In this document: in pieces, positions 23,601 to 38,600 of the stretch
How positions within the stretch are numbered: the stretch's first letter is position 1
How the letters are laid out: each line of letters opens with the position of its first letter
Assembly (NCBI GenBank): GCA_951804945.1
Contig: OX638154.1
Coordinates: 57,288,001 to 57,352,000 of the forward strand
DNA length: 64,000 nt
Origin: Podarcis cretensis
Lineage: Eukaryota
Direction of reading: 5' to 3'
Notes under the pieces: model-generated
What the model saw: the letters and a program-made list of their open reading frames with translations, nothing else
Database searches by the model: none
What the model was told of the DNA's origin: nothing
Translations under genes and position numbers: made by a program

Positions 23601-26600
23601 TGGAGACGTGAACCTATTTCAATATTTATTGGGATACCTAGACTGGTGGCCTTACTCATATTTTGCTACTGACAAACCATTTTGTCAAAGCAGTGTGCTG
23701 TATTCTAAGCCACTTCAAAGTTTCCATAATTTGAGATGTCTAGAAGAGCAATGTTACATCTCATTTTGGGTGTGCTGAATTTGTACAATTCTTAGCAACA
23801 GATTTCAAATTACATTGATTCAGGGCAACTAGACCAATGCTGCACTAATCCTGTCTACTGCTGAGGCAACTGGACTAATGTCTATTTTGTTGCATTAGTC
23901 AACAATCAAACTATCGCAGCATGTTAAGGCAGGTGACTGTTTAATCCAACCAAGTAAAAAGCAGGGGCAGGCTTCTTCATACTTGCCCCCTCTATTTTAA
24001 GTGATGGCAAAGGGAGTGCTACCATGGCATTCTGTGATGTCATTCTATAGCCAAATCTCATTGGCTAAATAGTATGGTAATGCCATCACTCTGGGAACAT
24101 ATTCTCTGAATGGCTGGGTGTTTGTATGTGTATGTGAATGTGAATGAGTGACAGAGTGAGTGAGTGAGTGACAAGAGATTCTGTGAATATTCTTCCTGCT
24201 CAAAGCTTCTCTTTTGCATAGAAAATATCAAAGCCATCCAAATTACTGAACACTTCTGTTACCTTAAGCTACTACTATCCTATTTGCCCGGTTGCTGCAG
24301 ATCCATCTGCTTATGCCCCAGTAACTGCAGCATATTGCACTGACGGTGTAAGTTAAATCAACTCACACACTATCGGGGGCAAAGCTAAAGTGGCTGCCTA
24401 AGGACATTATCTTCTGTATTTTTTCAGGGTAGATCATGAGCAGATACTACTTGCAACAAGTCCCCTTTAACCTTTCACAATCAGTTAAATAAATACTCGA
24501 TCATGACATTACACAGTCAGAATTAAACTAAGAGTACAAATGGGACTTAAGAATGTTGCAGGTTATAACTTTGAATAAAAAGTTATACCATTTGATGGCA
24601 TTCTTCCTTCCACAGCGTCACAGAGATCTAACTCAATGGAATACTATTAAAATTTAAATTTAAAAAAGCAAAGGCTAGTGGTAACACTATTCTTAAAGCA
24701 TAAGAAAACTGTTAAAGAAGATCTTTAGGTATTTAGAGAAACATCACGCTTTAGCTATAAAATCTTTGCTTCAGCTTTTTTCAAGGAAGGAAGAAGATCT
24801 GTAACATGGCTGCCATCTCTGAATGGTTTTTTCCACTTTGGTTCCACTGAAAATGAGATTACATGCTTGGATGGGGATAAACCTAATTAGCGGATAATGG
24901 GATTCCTTCACAGACATTTTATACTATCTACAAGAGTTGACTCATCTGCATTATTACACGTTTCTTTGCTGTTTTGAGGGGGGAAATCCTGTAAAACAAA
25001 TGCAACGAGCACAAATCCTTCGTTTTGTAGGAATTGTCTGTCATTTTGAACTGCAAATTCCCAAAACATAATAAACAGGACAGAGAAATTAAAACAGAGT
25101 TGTATCATTATTTTTGTACTTCAGTATTATTAAGAATTAACACCTTCTGGAGCACTTTTCAATGTACAAAGAACTTTACAATTCTTATTCTTATCCTGTC
25201 AGGGGATTTCGGTCTAAATATAGTGATACTGTTAGAAGTGCAAAGTTAAGAAGAGGCTTGAGCAGACTATGCTAGAAAGACCCTTGAATAAACTGAATGG
25301 GGATGGACTCAAATTAAAAAAAACAACTCAATAGAAGTTAAGCTCAAGTTCACTTTTTCAGACTTCATAGACCCAGCGGTTTGCTTGAGTACTAAAAAGC
25401 ACTGGCTTTGTACATATGGTTAATAACTGTAGCTATATGTTTGTTTAAAATATATTGCCTTTGATCTTGAGAGAAGAGGGGAGGAGCACTCCCTCCCATG
25501 CTGTTCGGGGAGGGTCTTGCACTGTTGTGCTCTGCCTTGAGCCATAGCTGTCAACTTTTCCCCCTTTTTAAGGGAAATCCTATTCGGAATAAGGGAAATT
25601 CCTTTTTTTAAAAAGGGAAACTTTGACAGCTATGCCTGAAGTCTGAAATGATGAAGGGTGACAGAAATTAGAAACCCTGTCGCCTGCTCTAGACCGTCAG
25701 GATAAAGCAAATAAACAAACAAACAAACAAATATACAACAACACTGATTAGAAATTAGTTGCTCAAGGCTGTTCTGCAGCAAGCAGGTGTTTCATAACAT
25801 TTAAGAAATGGTTAACATTTACAATTCCTTAATCATACAGCATCTTATGTGATTAGTCCTGGAGTGTACTCAGCTCCATATAAAAGCCTATTATAGTCAA
25901 ATGGCCTAGTATTTTGCAGGAAGAGCTCAGAGTGTAAAGGATGAGACCGTTAACTTTATAATTAAAAGGAACTACCTGATGCCACATTACAACTGCTGAT
26001 CACTATCATTCAGACTGTGAAAAAAGAGTATTCAATACTTAATTAGGCAGCTGTTCCACAGGATTACAAATTCTCATATTTAAAAAAAAACAGCACAGAA
26101 GCACCTTAAGTAGTAATAGGAGAACCTTGAGGAACATGCTGTGGAAGGACTTCGAAGGAGAAGAGTTTAAAGCTCTTGCTAGAGCATTGATAAACAGCAG
26201 TGTGAAAAGCTAGGGAAACTTTGGAAAGTCTCTTAGCTGGAATGGGGGTTAAATGATGGGAACAAAGAGGATTCCAAACCAAACCATTACAAATTCTAAT
26301 GCCTGCAATAATTTCTGCTCATTTAGAAAATTTGTATCTTGTTGTATTATTCTGAAAAGTTTGTTCTGACTTCAGAATGGGTTTGAGGTTTCCCCACAAA
26401 TTTAACAATTTCTGTCTCATGATGTATTATTAGGCAAATTATTCAGATTGCATAAGTTTGTAGAATTTTTAAAAAAGGCCCAATGCCACAATAGCTGCCA
26501 GCGTCCCACATCCTTAGAAGCATTTAGAAACAGAGTTTCCCAGAAAGTTGTGCCCCCGAATGTTATTCAGCCGCAATGAGAAACAAAATGGAAAAAATGC

Positions 26601-29600
26601 ATGTTACTTAGTACAAAATTATAAATCCCCCACAAAGGTTGATTACAGATGCTACAAGTATATGCTAATCCAAAAGTAACGAATGGTTTTTCAGAGTATC
26701 TCACTGTAAAAATGGCAGCATAATTCATATTCTTAACGAGAAAACGGTGAGGACAAAATAGTATAGGAATAAGAAAGCAGCCAAAGCCTTTTATCCTGAT
26801 AGCAAATTCACAAATACTACAGAGTAGTAGGCATAACTAGCAAGAACTTGCGCATTGCTAGTTGCAAATAGTGGGCTTACTTAACAATGGCCAGCTTGAA
26901 GTTGGCTTGTTTAGCAACTGACCAATATTCATTTTAAACCAGGATCCCTGGCTGTCACACAACACCAGACTGAGATTAACTGAAATGAGAAGACGTATTC
27001 CTATGGACGCATAGAACAAGAAGGGGGTGCGGAAAAGCATGAAAGCTACGGTTTAGTGTTATGTGTGAAGCAGCCCAGTGACTTCAGGCAGGCTTATTGC
27101 ATTTAGGCCATGAACTCATTAGAGAAGAATGCTTATTGCTGCTTCTACAAAAGCAAATATGAAAGCAAGGTAATTCAGTTTGGGCCAAGCTACGTGAAAA
27201 AAACAACACAATATGGGACTCTGTTAAAGATGTCACACTCTAACCAACAGAGCTATGTTTTCACACAACAACAAATGTTATCCGCTCTCGAGCCAAGTCA
27301 AAATGGTCACAAATGACATGGAGTTAAACTGACTTCAGTTTGAAGGAGAATATGGACATTTTAACTATGTGTACACACAAAATACTCAAGAGTAATCAAA
27401 GCATAAGATAATGTTAGAAGTGGAGGCAGTCAGTCTTAGTTTGAGATCCATTTTCAAATACACATTTCTATTTTATTACTCATATGCTAGGGGAGCATTC
27501 ACATGAGCAGGGGTGGCGGCTTTTCAGTACTAGAACAAACATAATTTACCCATGCTGTACTATTACGTGCAAATCATTTTGCTGCAGACGGATTAGAACG
27601 CACAACAGTTGTATGTGCTTGAGGTATGCGGAACAACCCATACATTGTAACTTGATAAATAAGCAGAATAGGAATGCCAAAGGAAGTTCCTTTACTTACG
27701 TCTCTCCTGGGAAAAGTCCCTAGTAGCTTGAATTCTTCCCAAGGATATCCCTTGGAAGCCACAAAATCAAAGACGACCTGCAGCTTGCTATTGGCAAGGA
27801 AACGTCGTTCAAAGAATTCTCCACTAGGTGTTCGGATACGCAGCTTACTCACTGATTCCGGGCTCTCATCTTTTGGCTCTGGAGGCAAAGCCTGCTCTAG
27901 AGATAGCCTAATAGCCTGAAGAAAGAAGAAGGACACATAGGTTTTTAGCAACTTTCCCTTTTCTTTCTGTAGCTTAGTTACTGAGACTGCCACTGCATTG
28001 TATCTGATTAATTTTAACTCAATGTCCCATCAATGGCTGCTATGGTTGGAAAAGAGAGAGGAAGGAACTCCAAAGTGCTTGAAGATGAATCTATTTCAGG
28101 CCTAACACATTTTGGAATAAGACTTTGGGGGGGCAAGCTTTGAATAGTAATTTTAATTAAATGCATAAACCAGTGTAGCTTCTTCCTGTTGCAAATTGTC
28201 CCAGATGCATTGTCCCAGAAATCAATCTCTTTCAAGCACCTGATTTTGTGGTTGTTTTTCTGCTATGGTCAAAAAGGCCTTCTCTCCAAGATGTTTGACT
28301 ACGTTCTATTACATTCTGTGAAGCAACTTGTCTTAGGAAATAGGCAACCTCTTACTACATGTTGCAACATTTTCCCAACATCTAGGCTATATATACCGGA
28401 AGGAGCGTCTCCACTCCCATCGCTCAGCGAGGTCCTCTTCCGAGGGTCTTCTGCTGGTTCCCTCACTGTGAGAAGCGAAGTTACAGGGAACCAGGCAGAG
28501 GGCCTTTTCGGTGGTGGCGCCCTCCCTGTGGAACACCCTCTCTTCAGTTGTCAAGGAGATAAAGAATTACACAACTTTTAGAAGACATCTGAAGGCAGCC
28601 CCGTATCGGGCGGTTTTTAACGCTTGATGTTTTTATTATGTTTTTAGATATGCTGTAAGCTGTCCAGAGTGGCTGGGGAAACACAACCAGATGGGTGGGG
28701 TATAAATAATAAAATAATTATTATTATCACATCTCTCCTGCACATGTTTGTGGTCAAAATAATGGGATGCACAACTCCTGTGTCCTTTGAGATACTGGAC
28801 TCACCTCTATTCTGACAATGAGCTGAACCATGTTGATCCTAGGAACCATATACTAATCCTGGGAAGCAGACAGTCTCTCCTTAGTTTTATCACTGAGATT
28901 CCATCCTGAGTGAACAAGGCAGCACAGACCCTACAACTCAAGAGAAGTAGCTGCCTATCAACTTCTCCTGACTTAGAAGGATGATAAAGGATTTATAGTT
29001 CAGACTGTAACTTTGGGCTACTGCACCTGGCTCTTAACTCCTAGCTCTTGGTACCTGGCTCTTACTCTGCCAAGAGTCAAGTGCTGTCCTGTCCTTATTA
29101 TGGTATGGCAGTGCTGGAGGTCCTGTTTCCTTTGGCCTGTCCTCCATAAACTTGGCTAGCAGGAGGAAAATGCTTTTCTCTTATTTATTTCTAATTTTAA
29201 GCATGCAAAAGCCCCATTTTTGGAAAGCAAATTCTTCTCCAAGTATTCAGGTTGACATCTTGTGTCAGAAGAACTTCGTTTCCACAATGCAGTTCTGTGA
29301 TGTATATTTCAATATCACATCCATCTTTATTCATTTCTTAATAACAGCTCAGAAAACAACTAATTAAAATAAATCCTCCTCTTATAACACATTATTAAAC
29401 CTATAGTTTACTGCATAGTGGTGATAGGTAATTTAATTGTTGGGCAGAAAGGGCTTAGGGAATTTTGATTGAGTGAATAATTGTCAAGTGCCAAATTGCT
29501 TTTTAAAGCATAAAATCAAAACCATTAAATATTTAGACTAATTAATTAATTAATTAATTAAAATCCTGTAACCGTCTCATAGGCAAAATGCTTGACCAGA

Positions 29601-32600
29601 TAACACAATAAATACACAAGACCAGATAATGAAAAAAAACACCTGAACTCTTTACAAAGAAACCTGCAATAAAATTATCTGAACAATAATTTGAGTAATC
29701 CTATATATACACTTATTCTGGGAGCAAGACCCATTGAACTCAGTGGGGCTAATTTCTGAGCAGACATGTACAAGATAACACCGTTAACTAATATGAAGCT
29801 GCTTTTCAGGTATACACTAACAGTGCAATCATATACATGTTTATTCAAAAGTTAGCCTCAGTGAGTTCAGTGGGACTTGCTATTTATATAACTTCATTGA
29901 AATGAAGCTACTTCGAAGATATGCACTACATTAAACAAAACTTTTATAAATAAATTTGATTTAAAATAATATTGCTGCCTGCTAGATCTTTTAAATGTAT
30001 GAACTGAGTAATGAAATTCCAATGATTTTAGTCAGCCTTCGGAATGCTCAAGCTTCTTTAGATTCTGCCCAGTGGGTTCAGGACTGGGGTGGACAGAAAG
30101 TTGAAAAGCTATATGAGCGACTGAGATATCAATCATAACGAGAATCAAGGAGCAACAGGACAAAGCATGAATCCAAGCACTTATGCTTGTGCAAGGCAGC
30201 CCTCTCAAATTTTGCCCAATTCCAGCGTCCGACTGCAACCCCCTTGTACCCTCTTCCATTCATTTCATAGGGTCACTGAACTATCAGGAGCATTATTTGG
30301 GGTGCGTAGGAGGCTTTAGTGGGGAGGAAGGGCCCAAAACACCCTTCTTCAATTTTGCTTGTGTTTCTGTGGAACCAATCCTTAAAATGTATTTTGGTCT
30401 AGTGGTCTTTTTTTTAAAAAAGGGTATTTTTTTATTATCTTTGTCCATGTTTTCTACTCAAGCACCTGCTTTTTATCCTTGTGTGTTGACATTTTCCATT
30501 GCTGTACAACAGATGCAACATTATTTACTAAACCCAAGCCATTATATCAGAGGAAAACAAACAACAGTAGCTCATTAGAGTTGTTTTCATTGTGCAAACA
30601 ATACTCCACCCCCCCTCAAAGTAACCAGTCTCCAGTACTAAAGCATAAAAATAGCTATTTACAATGGATATTCTACACCAGCGGAACTAACTTAAAGGAC
30701 AATGATGCTTAGAGTAAAGTTAACAACTCATGGATCTGCATTTTATTGATTAAAAATATATATTCAGAACGTGAATAGGGTGGATGATTTTCAAATAGAC
30801 AGGCTAAGCCAAACGTCTGTCAGGTAAGCAAACACTATTGCACAACAAGAGATTGTAGGTAATCCATGCACTTGGACATGGGGAGTGTTAGTAAACAGCA
30901 TGGCGAACAATGCTTTTGTATTGCTATACAAATATATCTTATTTTCTTTTCATTATAGCAATCTGCATTAAATCGAGGAGGCCAGTTGCAGGTTGAAATG
31001 AGGACTGGTTCTGCAGCTCTCAGTAAGAAAACAGTTTATAAAAGGCCATTGTATCCAAAAGAAAGGTTATGTAGCACAATAACAGTGCACCTATATGGGC
31101 AGTATTTATTTTAGAGAGGGACAGAAGCCATTTTGTACAAGCAGAGTTTTTTAAATAGAATATACACTGATGGATTTATATTTATATTTTGACACTGCCA
31201 TTGTGATTATGTGTGCAAATTAACATAGGGGTGCCACTAACTATATGTTCAAAGTAAAATGTCTCACTTCACGTTCTTCTTCCTGTTCTTTCTTAATCTG
31301 TTCCAAACGAAACTGCTCTGCAATTTCTCTCTCTTGTGCTTCTCTCTGCAGAGATGAAATAAACAAGTCACTTCAGATATCATTTATCATTAAGGTACAC
31401 TATCATATTCCAATGGCCCTCATTTTCCTACAAATTATGCCATGCAAAATATTGGTTGTCCAAACTGTGAATGTTCCACAGTTTTCATGGTTTCTCTCAG
31501 AGGGAGGCTGTTTTTGGATTACTAGAAAAAGGAGAAATGCATCACAAGAAGGAAGGGCAAAAGAAGACTCTAATTTGCATAAAATCTGCATATATTGATG
31601 AGCGTGTGTATAGATACAAATTTAGAAATAACACCACCCATGGCCGCCACACTTTCTCAACTAGAGAGTAAGCTTAATATCATAATGTAATTCCTGGTCT
31701 CAAAAGAGTTCATAAAAATATCTTAATTCATCACTAAATCACATTCTCTAGTATAGAACTGTACATACCTTTGCTCTATCGGCTTCAAGAGAGATTCTGT
31801 AAGCTTCATCTTGTTCTCTTTTCACATTCTCTCGGGCCTCACGTTCATCCTGGTATGGGAAAAGAAGGCCAAGAATCAGATTAGGACCCCAAAATTATGT
31901 ATAATATTTATTCATTCATTCATATCCCATATTTTCTCCATGGAACTCAATGTGGCATACTTAGTTCTCCTCCCCACACCCCTGCAATGTAGGTTAGGCA
32001 AAGAGACAGTGACTGGTCTCCCGGATCTTAGTACAACACTCTAACCACTAGACCACATGGGCTCCTCTATTAGGTGGCAATAATGTTTGGATTAATATCC
32101 CAAGTGATTGCTTCTTCCACTGCAGAATGAAGAACTAGAAGAAAGCATCTAGCTTAACAATAAAAACAAAACAAATAAAAAGCCTAATAAACCAAGAAAC
32201 CATAATCTGTCATTATTATTTTTAAGCTAGGTCACTATGCCATTCAGGTTAGTCACATTATATGGAGTCTGATCCTATGCATGTTTATGCAGAAGTGTGT
32301 TCTACTAAATTCAATGGATCTTACTCCCAAAGTAAGTATGCATTGGACAGTAGCCTATTAGAAAATCTGTATATTCAACTTGGGCTCATTTTGTAGGGAT
32401 CTGAAAAACTATTCAAATTGCAACAGTCTCTTACCAATTTAAATCACCTCTAAAGCAACTGAAGACATTAGTAGTAGAAACAGAAACAGAACTCTGGGGT
32501 AACAAAACCAATTGATTTATTTCCATGATGTGGCTACTCTAAATTCCAAATATGGACAAAATGACAAATAAAGGAATGGGAGGCAAGTTCAGTTTCTAAG

Positions 32601-35600
32601 GCCAGAAAATAGGCTCTAGCTGATCTAAGCAAGTGTTATCATGCTGCTTGATTCCATCAGATTTGCTCATGGTAAAAATCTCACTGATTCACATATTTGG
32701 GGTTAGAAAAGGAACTTTCTTCTCAATCAAAGTGCTTTTGTTGTTGCCTTCCCTAGTACCAACTCTCTTGCTTCAATCACCTGGAGTACATCTGCTCTCT
32801 GCCAAGTTTGCACTGCACCACTTGAGTGAAAGGAGCTAGGAAGTGAATGGCCCTGTCTTTGAGCATGAGACATGAGCATGATGACACATGATCCAAATAG
32901 CCTAACCACTGATGACCAGTCTTTGTTGCTGCTTTGTATTTGTCATACACCCCAGCGTTTAAACAGGATTTATTTAGGCAGGAATAAAGGTACTAAATTA
33001 TTTCACACTAAGGACTACTCCTGCCTTGATAAGTCTCTAAATCACCACTTAAAATCAGTGGGTTATTAAAAATTATTTTTTGGCAAATATATATTTGTGA
33101 CATAAATAAAGCCAGCAATGCTTCACTTTTGTAACAATATAATTATACAGCTGATGACGATGATTTCACAGCTTTAAATAAATTGTATTTGAAATCCAGC
33201 TGAATAATTTGAAGATTTAGGCTGCCCTTCATTCTTATAGATAAAAGGGCTGTAGACAATAGGCATAAATAAAATTAAACATTGCTATATCAATACAGTA
33301 TCATACATAAAATAAGGCAACCATTTTCATAAAAGAATTAGAGACAATGAAACTCACTCAGAGCAGACTAAATGGTTTTCAAGACTAGCTTCCAAATTCC
33401 TTGGCAAACAATTATATTTTGACATGGCACACAGACTATTATTATAAAGTCAGCACAAGTTAATGTCCTTTGGAGAAGTATTTCAAAGGTGGGAGACCAC
33501 CACAGAGAAGGCTCTCCTCCAAGGTTCTTAAGGCACAGAGTATGTGGGTCCCAAGGCATATATTGCTTTAACAGTAAGCACTAGCACCAAAAAGTGGGCT
33601 TCAGGTGAAATGGCAGTCAACATAATCAATGTAATGTAATTCCATCTGGCTGCACCACCTAGCAGCTTCGTTCTGTACCCATTGAAGCTTCTGAGTAGCT
33701 TTCAAGGATAGCACCATGCACAAGCTGAAGTGGCTAAGCATCATCCCTCACCACTGTCTATACGGACTGAGGCTGAAGGGAGCTGGGGTCCCAACAACAT
33801 CTGGAAGGCCACAGGTTAGCCACCACTGCATTAGAGTAAACCAAATCAAAAGTTACCAGAGCATGGTTCCTTGTGGCAAGGCTATTCCTCTTCTCAGCTG
33901 GCAAACCAGTATGACACTGTATTTTTACAGACAGGGAGTTTCAGGCATTTCCCTTAGGTTTAGTTCTTCTTCTTCTTCTTGGCATTATTTAAACGGGATA
34001 TGCAAGGGATGTCAGGAATGTAACAACACATTATGCATGACTGCCTCTCTGGGACAAAGGTGTGAAATGGCACAGCTAAACCTCCATTTCAAAGGGAACA
34101 GTTTCCTAAGCAGATGTACCTTCTAAATCAAGTTCATGATTAGACAATGGAAAATTGTTTATCTAAGTAAGAGATTTAACTATCTAAAATATTTGCATAG
34201 TTTTTTTTTTTTTAAATACTATGTTTTAATTAAGATTAATGTTGCATTGCAAAGTAAGCAATCCGCAGTACAGGACTTCATCAGTGTGAGATTACAGAGA
34301 ATATTATGATACCCTTTCATACTTGCAAAAATAAATATTTGCATACCGCCAGCAACAGCCCTGCTCCCAAGGTTTCTTGGCCCCTTGGAGCATCAGCAAA
34401 GGACATGTCTCTCTTGCAGTGCTTCCCCCTGCAATTATGTTGTGCCTTTGCAATGCCAGAGTAGACCCACCTTTACTGAGAAAACTATGCATCTGCCCTC
34501 CTCCCCTTCTTCCTCATCTGTGAGAGTTCCTCTTACAACCTGCAAAGTTAGATCTTCATTTTATTTATTTATGGGACTTAAAACCCAGCTTTTGACAGCT
34601 TCAATGAAGCATCATTCATATGATGCACAGCAGCAGCCTCTCTTCACAACAAGGTGTATGAGCTAATTTCTTTACTCTTGCTACCTACTTCATCAGATGT
34701 GCAACAGCACTGAGTGAGTGCTTACCAACATGAGCACAAACCAACCTTTGTAACAGAGAAAAAGTTCTTACTGCCATTTAAAAGCCAGCTGATTATGCCA
34801 TGTTTTGGATTTCATCTACTCCTTCAGGAGCAGGGCCTTTTCTACTACAGCATGGTGCTTTGGAACTCACTTCCAAAGGAAGTTCATACAACCTCTTCCC
34901 TGCTAGCCTTTAGAAAGATAAGCATTTTTAAAAAAATTAATTGGACCTTACTTCCTATTGTTTTATTGCTTGCCCTTGTTGGTTCAGTGCTTTATTTTAA
35001 TTTTGTAAACTTGTCTAATGTACCTATGAAAGTAGAGCATCAATAAAAAACATTTTCTCATTTTGGAAAAGCATTTAAAACTTAACATATAAAGTGGCAA
35101 GCTGCCTTATACAAGACCATTCTAACTCATTTGTGTCTATTCAGGCAGGAATCAGTTCCACAAAGTCATTTTAACCAAAAATGTCAAGGACTAAACTTGG
35201 GACTCTACACATACAGGAAATGTCATTGAGCGATGGTCCTACTCAAAGATGATCAAGGGTCTGGAAATCAAGCCTTAGGAGGAAGGGCTGAAGGAGCTTG
35301 GTATGTTTAGCCTGGAAAAGAGGAGACTGAGATAGCCATCTTCAAATATATCAAGGGCTGTCACATTGAAGATGTTTTCTCTTCCATGAAAGCTTGTTTT
35401 CTCTTGCCCCAGAGAGTAGGACTCAATCCAGCAGATTCAAGTTACAAGAAAGGAGATTCCAACTAAACATCAAGAAGAACTTTCTGAGGGGAGGAGCTGT
35501 TTGACAATGGAAAAAAACTGCCTAGAGTGGCAGTTCTTGGTGGTGGACTCTCCTTCCTTGCAGGTTTTAAAGCATAGGTTGGATGGTCATCTGTTATGAA

Positions 35601-38600
35601 TGCTTTAGTTGAGATTCCTGCATTGCAGGGTTTGGACTTGATGACCCTTGGGGTCCCTTCGAACTCTACAATTCTATGATTCTACTCTTTAAATTGAGGC
35701 TATTCTTATTCATAAACCTGTATTCATAAACTAAGTGTTTGTGTAAATATAAGCTATCCTCCTCAGTTTTAATACCAGTCATATGTTTTCTTCTTCGACA
35801 CTGATAGCAAAGCAAAAACATCTACAGTCAAATTTCAGAATGCAGATAAAAATTAAAAGTTGCCTTTAAAATGTAAGTTTCATTAAATGTTCTACTCCAA
35901 GTAATTACATGGAGCTTTTTCAAGACATGCTTGCTAAGGGCTTTACAGGTCACTGGAAAGCAAATGACATTCACTCCCTTGACAGCCAACCAGCAATATT
36001 GCTCACTTACGGTTGTTGAGAAAATGTGAATGCCAGAAGTTGAATCTTGCCCAGATTCAAAAAGCATAATGGGCAAACAAGCTCATAAGAGTTGCCTTCC
36101 TCTATAACTTAGATAATTATTATTCATTAAGTACAGGTGAACATAATTGTACCTCAATGCCTGGCTAGTTGGGAGAAACAAAATTTGTCTGGAACAGTAA
36201 CTAGATGATAGAAGGAAGCCAATTTACCTCACCCTTCCTACTATATAACAGTGACACACAGCAGCTTACACAGTCAGTGTGTGGGGTGGAGAATGACAAA
36301 CCTAACAAACAATTTTAATGAAATCTATGAGTAAAACTCCAAGATACTATAATATAACTCAAGCAATGTGTTAGTTCTACTGGGCTTTACTCAAGACAGC
36401 AGTCCATATCCCAGACATTATTATAAGTAAAAACGTGAACCGTTTATCAGCAGGAGGTGGTGGTAGGCAAAAAGCTCTTAAATTGCTTTCTAGTGCTCCT
36501 TGTAAGCTTTAGCTTTTTAAGTAAACTGCTTTGAGAACACTTGTGTGGAAAAGTGGCACATAATGTTGGGTTGGGTTGGTTAGCATCCTAATAAGACATC
36601 CATGAATCATACAGCTCCTTCAGTCAATGGACAGGACCATGATCTAATGGAGTACCAGCAGAAGGTAGGATGAAGTTTTCCTTTCCTCTGAATCCTCTCT
36701 CAAATTGCTCCTGTGAGCCTCCCAACCTTCTGCAACAGATTTTCAGCAGACATAACTGACTAGTTGGGAAAGAGGAAACAGTGGAAGTTACCCTCCCACC
36801 TTGGGGTGGTGGGAGCATCCTGTAAGCATACTCTCCCCAGAGTTACTTCCAGCAACAGAAGCCTGGTACAAGATTGTAGTGCAATTCTATTCAAGTCTAG
36901 TCTAAAGTAAGTCTCACTGTTTTCTGTGGGACTTACTCTGGGGTAAATATGTTTCAAATTGAGGCCTCAGTCAGTATGTTAATTAATTAATATATTGACT
37001 AATTAATTAATATATTGCCAATAACGTAGTCGTAGGGCATCTGCTAGACCTGCATGCATGCAAAAATTGTAACATATACCATGCATCTTTTCCAAACCTT
37101 ATGTTTTGCTCAGCCCCATAGTTTAGCTAGCAATAACCATGTATTCTTTACAGCTCACCCCCAATATCTGGAATGAGGGGGACAATGATTCTGCACCAGA
37201 TAATGTGCATCTCACAGACATCTGAGCACCGATTTCTGACCTTTCAAACACTTTCACTCATTCTGTGACTCTTTTTGCAATGAATTTTAAGGACAAGGAG
37301 CAAGAGGTTGAGAGGAGAGGCTTATGGATGGGAGAAGAAGAATGTTACCCATAAAGAGAAAATGACATCAATAGGTCCCCTTATTTAAAAGGCCTGAGGA
37401 TCACAGTTCGGTATCAACACACCTATTAAGATACACCTTTGGAATATATAGATCTATCTAGTGCATAAGCCTCAAATGTGACCCAAAGCAAGCTGTCTTT
37501 GAAACACAACAGTAATGAATCCATAAAGCAAAATGAAAAACAGAGCTTTTAATCTGTGAGAACAGCTTATGCCATGATTATTCTGCATTCCACTGCTTAG
37601 CCATTGGATATACCATTATGAATATTGAAATTTCTCTTTGCTTAGCTGTTATTCAGAAATGCTGTATGGGTAGGACCCCCCTGCCCCCACCTCAAGATGT
37701 TGGACAATTGATCTTGTGTCAGTATGACAATATAGCAACATTTAATTGGCAGCTTTGATGGAATCAGTATGAAATCTTTTTAGAAATAAATTAAAGTGAC
37801 AGCAAGATTACTCCATGGAAAGAAACAGTCTGCCGCTAAGCTGCAGTTAACTTCCCCCTTTTTAATTTTATAAACCTTCATATTTTATTTTAAAATATTT
37901 TTTTTTGATCAGTCTGTGTTGAGGCCAGGCTGAAATTCCCCCCTCTCAAATCACTATCATCTCTCCACTCCCAACAAGTTCCCTGCACAGATAAGCATCA
38001 TCCCCATGAAGCATTCTGACCCAGTGGGAATGCCTAGGATGGCTGCTGCTTGAAGCAGTGTCAAATATTTTCCCCCATTAAAAAAAACACCAGCAACTAT
38101 TGACAACTTCATCTTAGGACGCACTCTTGATTGAAAATCTGCTTTAACTTATTTTAATACAGTAACTGTAAATTGTTGTGACCCAACCTGGGAGCTCATG
38201 GTGAAGAGTCAGTAAGAATTCTAATAAAATCTTAATTATATAATCAGCATCATCTTCAAACATAAGGCTACTCCCACCTGAAAGTTCTGAAGTTTTACTC
38301 TCCCAAAAGTCATTCAATCTTTGGGTGGGGCATTTTCTCCTCATCTTCACTAAAATGCTGAAAAAATCAGACTTGAGTAAAGTTCCATCAAGTACTTGAT
38401 TATTATCCAGCAAGGATAGTCACAACTATGTTCTATTGAACTGAATGGTCAGATTTAAATTGCTTCTCAACTTGGGAAATATCTTTCTTGTGAAAAGGAA
38501 ACAAAATCTAAGTTTTAGAAACTCAAATTCTACACTATGTTTCTAGCTTGTCTTTCTGCATCCTCAAGGAGGAGTTTGAGTCTCAATTAATATCTGACCC

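Noticed and set aside
27574-27993. 139-aa ORF as a stand-alone UBX gene
   Set aside because: Only 27700-27915 is FAF1-like and it is bounded by canonical splice sites; the flanks are intron read-through.
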